Shown one piece after another: positions 37,459-48,480 of a DNA stretch of 64,000 nucleotides. Position 1 is the stretch's first letter. Every line of letters starts with the position of its first letter. The stretch spans positions 248,001-312,000 of the forward strand of contig MU057640.1 in assembly GCA_013265495.1 (NCBI GenBank), given 5' to 3'. The translations under genes and the position numbers were made by a program. This stretch comes from Vicugna vicugna. Its lineage: Eukaryota. The notes under the pieces are model-generated. The model was not told the origin of the DNA, did no database searches, and was given only the letters and a program-made list of their open reading frames with translations.

Positions 37459-40400
37459 CTTCTCATGCTTTTCTCTGGCTTCTTGAGTGAATGGAGGATA
37501 TTTGTCATAACTATTTTAATGTCCTTGTCTGCTAATTCTGTCTCCTGTGTCATGTTTGGTTCTGTTTTTGTTCATTGATTTTTCTCCTGCGTATAGCTCA
37601 GATTTTCTTGCCTCTTTGCCTATCTGGTAATTTTTTATTGGATGCCAGATATTGTGAATAGCCTATGTTGTTACTTACTGGATTTTGTTTGATTTCTTAA
37701 TGCACATTGGACTTTGTTATAGGGTACAGTTAAGTCATTTGGAATTTGTTTGATCCTTTTCATGTTGCTTTTTAAACTTTGTTAGCCTAGGTCCAGGGCA
37801 GCCTAGGCTAATTTGACCTCATTACTAAGGCAAAATCTTTCTGAAGTCTCTTGGATGTCTCAATTATTTATTTATTTATTTTTGGATGTCTCAGTTATTA
37901 AAAAGTCTTTCCACTCTGCTGGTGGGAACATAAAATATCCAGGCCCTGTGTGAGTTGTAGGAATTGTTCTATTCCCCCTGACTCCTTTTCCCAGCCTCAA
38001 GTAGTTTCCTCATATTCTCACACAAAGACTTGCATAGGACCTGTCTATGGATCTCCTGAGTTCTGAGAAGTTCTCTCTTCTCTTGCATTTTCCATTTTCC
38101 TCTGTAAATCCTAGTTCTCATAACCTCCACATACTCTGAACTATGTCTCGTCGACAAAGTGAAACTGCTGGGATCACTTTGGGTTTCCCCTCCCCACACT
38201 GCAGCTGGAAACTCTCTCCAGGTAGTAACACTGGGGCAAGGCTCACCTCATTTGTTTCTCTTTTTTCCGAGATCAATGTCTTTTGCTGCCTGATGTCTAA
38301 TGTCTCAGAATCATCATTTCATATATTTTGCCTAGTTTTCTATTTGCTTAAGGTTGGGGGGTGGGTAAATCTGGTTTATGTTACTTCATTATGGCCAAAA
38401 GCCATCATTGAATTTTAAAGATTAATTATTGCAATTTTTTCCCCTAAAAGTTTTGCCTGGTCATTTTTCATGTCATAATTTCTTGCTAGTTTTATCAAAC
38501 CATTTCAATGTTTCTCCGTATATAATTAATATATTTGATAATTAAAATAACTAAGAGTCTCAGGGGTAAAAATTTCTTGCTTCTTACTGATTCTTATTCA
38601 TTGGGACTTATTCTCTAGCTTATATTTAGCTTAAGATCATCTGTGATAATACTTAAGAGCTTGGGTTGAGGTTGCTTTCCTCCAGAGAGTATTTCATTTG
38701 TACTTGCTGTGTGCCAAATTGCACTACCAGCCTGGGGTCACTTCAATTCAAACCTCAGACTGGTAAAACTATGATGATAAAACTATGTTTAAAAATTCTA
38801 AGAAACTTTTATGACAATTATCATTATTATAAAATAGTCCACCTGGAGTCACACACACTGACAGGTTTCTTTTTTTCCTCCCTTTGCTGGCAGGTAAATT
38901 GCTTTTCTTTCCCACCCTTTGACTCCAAGCTTTCTTTTTCAAGGGCTGTCTTTTATTGTCCAGAGTTTAGCCAGTCTCCTGTTCTTCTCCATAGTTATTA
39001 GTTATCAAGACTCTAGGATAGTTCCCCAGGGCTTCCCCACTAATTTACCACGTTGGGGTTTTTAACTTTCTTTCTTTACTTTCTCTTTTTAACACTTGGG
39101 GAGTCCTCTTATTTTCTTGTCAGTTTAATAATGCATTTAAATGTATATTTGTTGTAGTTGATCCAACATCTGAGTACTCTGCTACACAAGTCTTTTTAGA
39201 ATGCCATGTCAGGCATACTTAGGGAAATGGAAGTCTCATTCTGAATTCCAAACTGTTCTTTCTTCCTTCCTTCCTTCGTTTCTTTATGGTTACTCTTGAC
39301 TCGGTCCACGGTCACACCACTGATTTAACGAATGTCTCAACAACACTTACACAACAGGCATCTCTCTAAACATAGAAAAGAGATTACAGGTAGAGCACAC
39401 TCTCAGTTGCAAATTCTGCTCTATTCACTGCTTTTGGATGTCAGTTCTAAATTCCCCAGGCAGAGATTCTGACTGGCACAGCTGGGGATCAGGCTGATAC
39501 AATACAAATGTGATTGGTCTGGGCCCATCTCTGTGGGTTAGAGTGGCCTTTTCCAGAGAAAGAGAAAATTATGCACTGAGAAGTTACTTTGGAAGGTATC
39601 TATTTTACCTTTTCTATCTACTACAGAGCTTCAAAAGAGTTCATCATTATGCAGGTCCAAATGACATAACTGTTTTAGCTTTAGTAGTAAAAATAAAGGG
39701 ACAATGTTTAAACACTGCCTGAATTCCTATGTTGAGTATAACTTTTGGTCATATTTTTGGTTTATTCTCTCAACTCATGGAATGGTCCACATGGGCTTTC
39801 TAGTACCTTTTTCACAGAGAAAAAGTTTTTAATTTGATGAGGTCTAATTTTATCAATTTTCTCTTTTATGAATTATGCCTTTGGTGTCTTGTCTAGGAGC
39901 TCTTCACCTAGCCTAGGCCTCGAAAATTTTCTCATATGTATTCTTCTTAAGGTTTTATAGTTTTGCATTTTACATTTAAATCTATGATCAATTCTGAATT
40001 AATCTTTGTGTAAGGTATGAGGTTCAGGTTGAAGTTAAATTTTTTGTGTGCCTATTTTTTGTCCAATTACTTCAGCACCATCCTTCCTTTAGGACAGAGG
40101 AGAGATTATCCTTCTGATACTGGATTGCTTTTGCAGCTTTGTCAAAAATTAGTTGCGTGGATTTCTCAAAGCTGAGAAATAGAGAAGGAAACAAGGCCCT
40201 GAGCATGTTATTTGACTCCAAGATTGAGATTTGGCTGAAACTATAATTGCCAGATTGTTCAGTTATGTGAGGCAATACACTTTTTAAAAATTAATTAATT
40301 AATTAATTAATTTTTATTTGTGACTGAATTTGAACTTTACTTACATCCATGAAATACATCACTTTTCTTCTTTCTTTAAAGTATACTTTTATTTATTTTC

Positions 40401-40590
40401 CTTGTCAAAAATTATATTTCTTTCATTAATTAAGGTAGTCTGATTTGCAATTTCTGCCTTAACTACTGGAAGAAGAATATAGCTCATAGGTTAGTGGACT
40501 CAGATATAATCTGATGAAATATATTATCATATTAAAAAAAAAACTACCAACCAGAGCAGAGTAAGTCATCCATTTAAGAATAGAAAAAGC

Positions 40591-40879
40591 GGGGGAGGGT
40601 ATAGCTCAGTAGTAGAGTACATGACTAGCATGCATGAGGTCCTGGGTTCAATCCCCAGTACCTCCATTAAGAATAAATATATAAATGTAATTACCTCCCC
40701 CTCCAAAAAAAGACAAATAAGCAAAGTATAGAAAAAGCAAGAGGGAGGGTATAGGTCAGTGGTAGAGTGTGTACTTAGCATTCTGGGTTTAATCCCCATT
40801 ACCTCCATTAAAAAAAATAGAAATAAATAAAAATAAATAAATAAACCTAATTACCCATCCCCCAGGAAAAGAAAAAAAA
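40591..40879 (+). mobile_element. Two tandem vic-1-like SINEs (about 40591-40725 and 40741-40879)
   Basis: Two tRNA-like heads, with tagaaaaa-containing duplications before, between and after. Confidence 0.88.
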
Positions 40880-41246
40880 AAGAATAGAAAAAACAAACCA
40901 CCCTACCCCCCTGAAAAAACCCAAACCCAATCAGACAAACAAACAAACAAAAAAAATGGAACAAGCAAAGTCCTCTTGGTAAAATACAGGATTGCCTGCT
41001 TTGGACACTTGTTATTTTGTGGTCCAACATCCAACCTCCTTTCCTATTTGGAGATAATCTGCCAGTATGTCATGTCTCCTACTCCAGAACTCAAGAGAAA
41101 AATATCCTCCCTCTCCACTTCCCTTATATTCAGGCCATAAATATGTGATCCGTGTGAGACAGTAGATTCTTCTTATCAGAATTATGAATCTTGAGAGTGA
41201 TATAAAAATGCAGAGACAGTTAAGAAATTATTCACAGCACCACTGC

Positions 41247-41733
41247 TGTATTAGTTATCTGTTGCTGTTATAACAAATTACCACAAACTTAGTCGCTTTA
41301 AACAACCATAATAGATTTTTTATCTTATAGTTTTATAGGTCAGGATGCAGGCCTCACTGGGCTAAAATCCAGGTGTTGGCTAGACTGTGTTCCTTTCTAA
41401 GCCTATAGGGGAAAATCTGTTTCCTTGCCTTTTCTAACTGCAAGAGGCCTCATGGCATTCCTTGGCTCATGGCACCCTTTCTCCATCTTCAAAGTCAGCA
41501 ACTCTGAATCTTTCTTTCATTGTATCTGTCTTTGACCACAGCTGGGAAAATTCTCTGCTCTGTGAGTAGATTGGATGCACCTGGAAAACCCAAGATAGTC
41601 TTTCTATCTCAAGGTTCTTAACCCTTAGTCACATGTGCAAAGTCCCTTTTGCCATGTAATGTAACAGTAGTACGGATCCCCACAGTGATCAGAATATGGA
41701 TATATTTGGGAGACCATTATTCTAACTACCACA
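41247..41733. mobile_element. MaLR MLT1-like solo LTR
   Basis: tgtattagtt...taacaaattaccacaaacttag...ctaccaca termini. Confidence 0.8.
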
Positions 41734-42399
41734 GTTGCCATCATTGAGAGTGCAGTGATGGCAGCAGCATAGAGAGTGGAGTGGAAAAGTCTTCAGTGGA
41801 GACCAAATGATGCTGTCCCACCCTGACGGCCTATGGTGAGAATTTGGTTGTGATTCTTGCTAATTGCCTCCCTTGACTAGTTTTTGAGCCAGGTTTTCCA
41901 AACATCTCAACAAGATTCTAAGATACCTAATAACCTCCAATAAAATAACTTTCTTCTTAAATTATTCAGAGCGAATTTCCAGGCTCTGTCTTAGTGGATA
42001 GCCATGTAATGTAGAGCAGAAAGGTAACTTTAGAGGAATTCAGTTATTCTGGCTCCATTGGCAAAGACCATTTCTATACATGTTAGCCTTTTACCATAAA
42101 TACTCAGTTGATTTGACTGCTTTCCTCTTGTTCTGATTCTATACTCCTCAAGCACCTTTTCAATAGGCTTCTCCTATAGGACTATTATCATGGGAACAAA
42201 CATGCTGTGTTAATTTTGAGCATTCTGGTCTGGGTAACAGTAATATCTAATTGTAAACTATTGGATTAGTATCCCCAGGCTGGTAAGCCTAGTTAGTTAG
42301 TAGGTGTCTACCCCTAAGAAATTGATCCATCTAGAATAAGATCAAATTTCTATGTTTGCAAGGCTAGTTGGATCTGGGCTCTGACAAATCCACTCCTCC

Positions 42400-42510
42400 T
42401 ATTTTTTTATCTGGGGGATGTAATTAGGTTTTTTTTTGTTTTTTTTTTAATGGACGTGCTGGGAATTGAACTCAGGAACTCATGCATGCTAAGCATGGAC
42501 TCTACCACTG
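42400..42510 (-). mobile_element. vic-1-like SINE, slightly 5' truncated
   Basis: Family sequence reversed; TSD tgggctctgaca (42375-42386 / 42511-42522). Confidence 0.82.
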
Positions 42511-42649
42511 TGGGCTCTGACACATTTAGGGAGGAAATGAGTGCTATCCCTTAGCACCATTTGGGAAACAGACTTAGCTTAATCCATACTGGGTAACTGG
42601 ATATAGCCACGTGAATTTGGGAGTGTGTATTTTAATAGCTAAAGACCAA

Positions 42650-42683
<34 letters not shown>

Positions 42684-42692
42684 CGTGTGTGT
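42650..42692. repeat. (TG)n(CG)n(TG)n compound microsatellite
   Basis: Read directly. Confidence 0.95.
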
Positions 42693-43387
42693 CTGTTTGT
42701 AGTGAGGACTCCCTTTAAGGGAGAGGCTGAAGGGGCAAAACTGGAAACCTGCCTTCTACTTGTTTTGTATGTCCTGTTGTGGTTAAGAACTTTAAAATGC
42801 TGTGTTGAATGACTTCAGAAAATTATTAAGTCCAAGAGCTTGGTTTGCTTATGTTGTAGATTCTACTTTCATGTCACTTTTTACTTTATTCTTTTTTTAA
42901 TTTAAATTTTTAAATTGTATTTTTTATGGTGAAATATACAAGGGAAAGTACAAAAGACATTGTAAATGGTTTAAAGCTAAAGTATCAAGTGAACGTTGGT
43001 GCAATCACCACCAAGGTCAAGAGTAGAATACTGCCAACAAATACCCAGATGTCCACCATGTGCCCTGATCATATTGGCTTCCTCCTTGAACTAACCACTA
43101 GCTGGACTGTTCCTTTTTTGTGTGTAATGACTCATAATATGGAAAACTGGCCCATCCTACTGGAAACAATGAAAAATGTTGGTAAAATAGTGAAGAGTCA
43201 AGAAGATGAGGAATTATTACACCAAAATCTAGAGGAAGGCAGGATCCAGAGAGTAAGTAGAGCAATGATATAACTTTTACCCCAGGGTATGTGTCTCACT
43301 TGAGAACTTAAACTCATTTTTTTCTAGGCATACAGGGCAATTGGAACAGAAGACTAAGTCCAGGGCCTGGTAGAAGGGAGAAGTCTA

Positions 43388-43542
43388 GGGAAGGGAGGGT
43401 GTAGCTCAGTGGTAGAGCACATGTTTAGCAAGCATGAGGTATTGGGTTCAATCCCCAGTACCTCCATTAAAAATAAACAAATAAATAAATCTAATTACCT
43501 CCCCCTCAAGAAACTGACCAAAAAATTAAGAAAAATAAAAAA
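43388..43542 (+). mobile_element. vic-1-like SINE
   Basis: Family sequence; 16-bp TSD agaagggagaagtcta. Confidence 0.9.
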
Positions 43543-45379
43543 AGAAGGGAGAAGTCTAAAGCTGGGATCTTAGAGGGCTCTTGTTTCAGTGTAGGGGTGA
43601 ATTGCAAGTAAACACACCCCGACTTAGACTGTAAAGAAAGTTGTCTCAGAAAGGGAGATTGTGGGGAGCTGCACAGGGAGTACCGGACCCATAAGCCAGC
43701 CCTTCCAGGGTGGGATATGTAGCCTAAATATACATCTCCTCGTGGTTTAAAAGAAAATCCCAAACAATGATAGTTTAAAGTGGTCTCTACTGGCAGAAGC
43801 AAAACTAAATCCTCTCTGGAGGAATGAACCTTTATCCTGGCCTTCATAATTCCCACAAATAATTTTCCAAGGAAAATGTAGCTAATAGTGAAAAATAACT
43901 AAGCACAGAAAAAATGAGAATGAGTAAAACCATCTGAAAACAAACAAATCTGATAATTCCAATGATCTACTAAAGAAATAAAAGTAAACTAGTTTTTTAA
44001 AATTATTATTAACAGATTGCACTTAAATAGTAAAAAATTTCAAGAATATAAGTTGTTTAAATGAAGTCTTTCTTCTTCCTCATCGTAGTTACACTCCTTG
44101 GAGGCAACCATTTTCTATACTTTTAGGGGTTCTTATTTTAACTTAAAAAATGTACCTTAAAATGGGCATGTTGGCTTTAACAAGGATTAAATGTCATTTT
44201 GTTCTCAGGATATATTAGTATCCTTATTTTATGATTAGGGGTATGAAGCAAACTATTAAGGCTCCAAAAAGTTATAGTGGTAGGTTAGGAACCAAACCTT
44301 CCAGGAAACTTTTATGGCATGCTAGCCAGTACCAAGAGCCTAGCTCAAGACCTGTTATCTTAATTTCCTTTCTAAAATCCATCTTTTCCTCTTCTCTATT
44401 AAAAACTTTGAAGTTTTAAAGTGCTATAGGTAGCTTAGCTCTTCATATTCTGGTTTGTGATGTGGCATTTCTCAGCCATGTTGTGCTGTTAGTCCCACTG
44501 TTGGCTATCTGCCCAGTCTTGAAAACATAATTTTCAGCAATATTACCTTCATACATAGCTTATTCCTTATTATGTAGATTTGGTTTTCTTATTGGTCTAG
44601 TTATGTCCCTTGAATCATAAGGTAAAAAATCATCTCTTTTTAAGTCAGGGGATTGGTTCTTGTCCCGGCTTTGTAAATAACTTGCTGCATGACCTTGGCA
44701 AGTCACTTAACCTTCGTTTTCTCTCCTGGGTTAACAATGATCAAGATAGAATTACAGACTATTAGAATTGGTAGGGACCTCAGAGGTTAAACCATATAAT
44801 CCTTTTATTTCATGGAGAGTTTGTGTGATTTACCCAAGTGCTTTCTAGAACAAGCACCCAGTCTTCAGCATCTCAGATCAGTGCTCTTTACATCAGGCGT
44901 TCTTTTAGTGTTGTTCTAAGAAAAAAACGGAAAAAAAAAGACAAACCAAAAAACAATACCAAACAAAGAGTGAAAGCACTGAACAAATATAAGACCATTT
45001 ACAAAAAGCCAGATAAGTGTTAACCATTAGCCTGTATTGTGGCCTGAAAGCTTACCTGAATAAATGTACCAAGATGATTTAAAATTCTAAAGTTCTTAAA
45101 GTATGTAGGAAAGGTCAGAAAAATGAATGAATGGAGAAAAAATTAATAGTTGGCTTGGAGAATACTTTGAAGGGAAAACAAAACTCTCACAAGACTACTT
45201 ATATTCTCTTTTAAATGCTTTCTGGTCTTTCCTTAGTTGAAGGTGAAATTGGCTAAGTGGACACTGCCTGTTTTTATCCATTTCTAAAAGAATGATGTGC
45301 AATAAGGGTTACTTGCCTCTCCTCTACTACATATTACAGCAGTTCTCTAATACAGCGCCACTCCTTCTCAGGCCACTAC

Positions 45380-46200
45380 CCAAAACAACGCGCAGAAACC
45401 TGCGGAAAACACAGTCAGGGCAAAAACTCCAAGTCCCAAAATGCTCGAAGGCCTGTTTCTGCCGCCTTCTCGCAAGAGCAGTCTCTTTAGTACTGGGAGT
45501 TGTAGTTACTCAGGGGCTTCACTTCCAGGGTGTTGGGGAAAACGCACCTTCGGAGAACTACAATTCCCAGGAAGCTGTGCGCGCAACTCTCCGCCCTCGC
45601 TGGCGTCAGGCTCCACCCCTCCCGCTCCTCCCTCTCTGGGCTGCACCGCTCACGCCTTCCTGTTAGTCGGAGCTGGGAGAAGTTCACTCGAATCAGCTGA
45701 TCCTAACTGACAACAGGAGGAGAGGAAGCCCGGAAGGCAGCGAAGGAGGTGGGGGGCGGAGATGGAGATGAGGATGGATCCGCCGGTGCCCTGAGGGACA
45801 GCCCCCGCCTCCACCGGCGCCCTGCGGTCCCCCGACGCCGCCTCGCTGCAGCAGAGCTGCTCCATGGTGGGGTCCCCCGGCCGCCGCGGGCGGGGAGGGA
45901 AGGGCACGGCCCTGCGCCGGGCCAGCGATAGCCCTGGAGCTCCCTCTGCCCCGGGGAGGCAGGGGGGGCAGGAGCGGCTGGGGTGGGGGTGGGGTGGTAT
46001 AAACAATGGATTCGGCTCTGGCCTCTGCCAGCGTAGGGGGGATTTGGGGGGACCTTCTTTGTTCTTAGACTCTGCTACTGCCCCTCGGGTTGTGGTGGTG
46101 TTGTCTGGGAGGAAGGAAGGGTGAGGAATCCTCGGCTGGAGAGAGGCGTCGGGGTTGGGAGCCCGCGTGGGCAGATGGTTTGTTTGGTCAGGTGGGCGGT
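45380..46200. promoter_or_regulatory. CpG island / ZFYVE1 promoter with ZNF143/THAP11-type ACTACAnnTCCCA motifs
   Basis: GC/CpG-rich. Motifs at 45426-45444 (degenerate), 45494-45506 (minus) and 45557-45569 (plus). Confidence 0.85.
45620..45748 (+). other. ZFYVE1: Probable ZFYVE1 non-coding exon 1 (TSS approximate)
   Basis: Immediately downstream of the promoter motifs. Candidate donor GAG|gtgggg at 45748/45749, followed by G-run-rich intron-like sequence. Confidence 0.5.
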
Positions 46201-47668
46201 GAGGTATCTTTTTGAAGGTTGGTTTCATATTTTTTTCAGTTGTGACAAATTTTGATTTTCGTTTCCGTTGTGGGAGCTGGTTGGGCACATCTGTAGTTAG
46301 GGTGTAAATAGGGTCTCCTAGTCACTCCCTTAGCCTTCCTTGTTTATCTAAAAATAAGATTGGTGGATTGATTACTGTAGGGGAAGAGTGAATACCTGAA
46401 AGGAGGGCTTTACATTTCCTTGTGGAGTGTTAGAATGGGTGTCAAGGCTAAGGGGAATTAGAGATATAATTGTAGAAGTGACAAAATCCCCAGTTATCTT
46501 TTTTCTTTCTTTTTTTTGGAAGTTATTTTTAAGTTGGATTTTGAGTGACAAAGAAAAATTATTTGCTTTAACTCACTGCAGGCCTGGCTTTGCTGTGGGC
46601 CTTAGTGGAGGAATTCTGTCTCCTGTTGCTCCCTTTTTTTGCACTTAGAGGAAAGGACAAAAGGAAGTACAATAATTGTTTTTAAACATGGAATGGTGAC
46701 TCTTGTTTCCAGGTTTAGAGTCCTTAATAGGCATCTTTCTAGCATCGAAACAATCCAGTTACAAGGGTAACTGTATCTGCCCAGGACTTTGATGGAGCTA
46801 AAATTTATTATTCTTCTTTAGCTTTTTATAAGTGTTTTTCTTCACCTTTCCCAGTTATGGGGTGCAGGTCGGGGTGCAGAGGTTTGTCCCTCCAAAAACT
46901 ATTTGCTTATTAGTGCTTGTGATTCTGAATTTAATAACTGAATGAACAGAGAATTTCTGTCTGGGAAATAAATCGACAAAGTCTCTTAAATGCCTTGAGC
47001 CTAGAGGTGGTGGTTGTTTTTAAAAGGAGGAGCCATAACCACAATTTTGAGAAGAAATTTCTAGGATCAGAATGAGCCAGCATAAGTTTTACAATCAAGA
47101 ATGAGATTTCTCTGAGGAGTTTTGACCTCATATTTAATCACAACCTTTCTTTCTTTTTTTTTTTTAAGGTGCACTGCTGTTTTTAGATGAGTGAAATCCT
47201 TTTCCTTCTTTTATTCTAGGTATCCCCTGAAATAGTGACTTGAGGCTGGATTATATTGCAAAGCTCCTGACCACTGTCTTTCATTACCAAGACCTTGTGG
47301 CTGAGGCCCAATTCATGAGTCCATCTCAGTGCACCCGTCAACTCTCTCTCAGATAGCCATAAAAGACCCTTTCAAGTTAATTTTGACCACGTATTTCCCT
47401 GCACTTTATGGAGGATGAAACTATCAAACCAAATCAACGTTGCTGCTGATACAGGAGCATGGGAGGCAGAAAATTAAACATTTAAACAGTAATGAATGTG
47501 TGAAGAATTCTAACAGGCCACTGAAGGTTTAAAAAATAATTTTTTAAAAAAAAGTGTTCAGTACCCTGTGGAAGTTCTGTGCAGTCTTCAGGCTCCCAGC
47601 TTTTGTCCTCACTTCTGGGGAAGGCCCAGGAACGTTATATGGTGGGTGATTTCCTTACCAGTCTGAAT

Positions 47669-48151
47669 ATGAGTGGCCAGACTTCCCCAGCAGAGAAGGG
47701 CCTGAATCCGGGGCTGATGTGCCAGGAGAGCTACACCTGCAGCGGGACTGAGGAAGCCGTGTTTGAGTGTGATGAGTGCTGCAGCCTGCAATGTGTCCGC
47801 TGCGAGGAGGAGCTCCATCGGCAGGAGCGCCTGAGGAACCATGAGCGGATCCGGCTCAAAGCAGGCCACGTCCCTTACTGTGACTCCTGCAAGGGCCCCA
47901 ATGGGCATTCCCCAGGTGTGAAGCAGAGGGCGGTCGTGAGGTGCCAGGCCTGTAAAATCAACTTGTGCCTGGAGTGCCAGAAGAGGACTCATTCCGGGGG
48001 TAACAAACGGAGACACCCCGTTACTGTGTACCACGTCCCTGATGTCCAGGAGTTCCTGGAGGAAGAGGGGATGGATGAGGAGGCCAAGAGGAAGAAGATG
48101 ACTGAGAAGGTTGTGAGTTTCCTCCTAGTAGATGAAAATGAAGAAATTCAG
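47669..48151 (+). CDS. ZFYVE1: ZFYVE1 (DFCP1) first coding segment, 161 codons, Cys/His-rich zinc-binding (B-box-like) N-terminus; exon probably starts at 47220
   Basis: MSGQTSPAEKGLNPGLMCQESY...VSFLLVDENEEIQ matches ZFYVE1. Donor CAG|gtaagc at 48151. Candidate acceptor ttttattctag|G at 47220. The next exon was not found in the window. Confidence 0.94.
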
Positions 48152-48289
48152 GTAAGCTCTTGGTTATGGCGGGGTTCCTGTGGTAAAGGAGCAGATCTGT
48201 TGTTGGCAGGTAGCTCTCAGGGAAAGTCCAGGAGGCGCTCACATTGTAATCACTGAACGAATGGCAAGACCCCTCAAAGCTTAAGTTGC

Positions 48290-48480
48290 ATGGAGTCAGA
48301 TTTAGTTACTTGCCAGCTGCATGACCTTGGGCTGAATTACTTTACCTCTCTGAGCCTTAGTTTTCTCATCTGTAAACTGGGGACAATGCCTCCTTCATTG
48401 GGTTGTAGTGAGGATAAAATGACTGTTTATAAAGCCTGTTACATAATAAGTGCTCAGTATGTGGTAGCTATTATTAGGAT
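48290..48480. mobile_element. MIR SINE
   Basis: MIR core tgaccttggg...ctctctgagccttagttttctcatctgtaaa. Confidence 0.75.

Larger units (their letters stand above)
35267..38400 (-). mobile_element. Old antisense L1 (L1M), right portion
   Basis: Degenerate ORF2-like peptides on the minus strand (35564-35863, 36030-36299); boundaries approximate. Confidence 0.7.

Noticed and set aside
45650..46288. 212-aa minus-strand ORF over the ZFYVE1 CpG island
   Set aside because: Pro/Arg-rich composition expected from GC-rich DNA; no recognisable homology.
47579..48256. The whole 225-aa ORF as the ZFYVE1 exon
   Set aside because: It begins at a GTG, and similarity ends at the donor at 48151; the rest is intron read-through.
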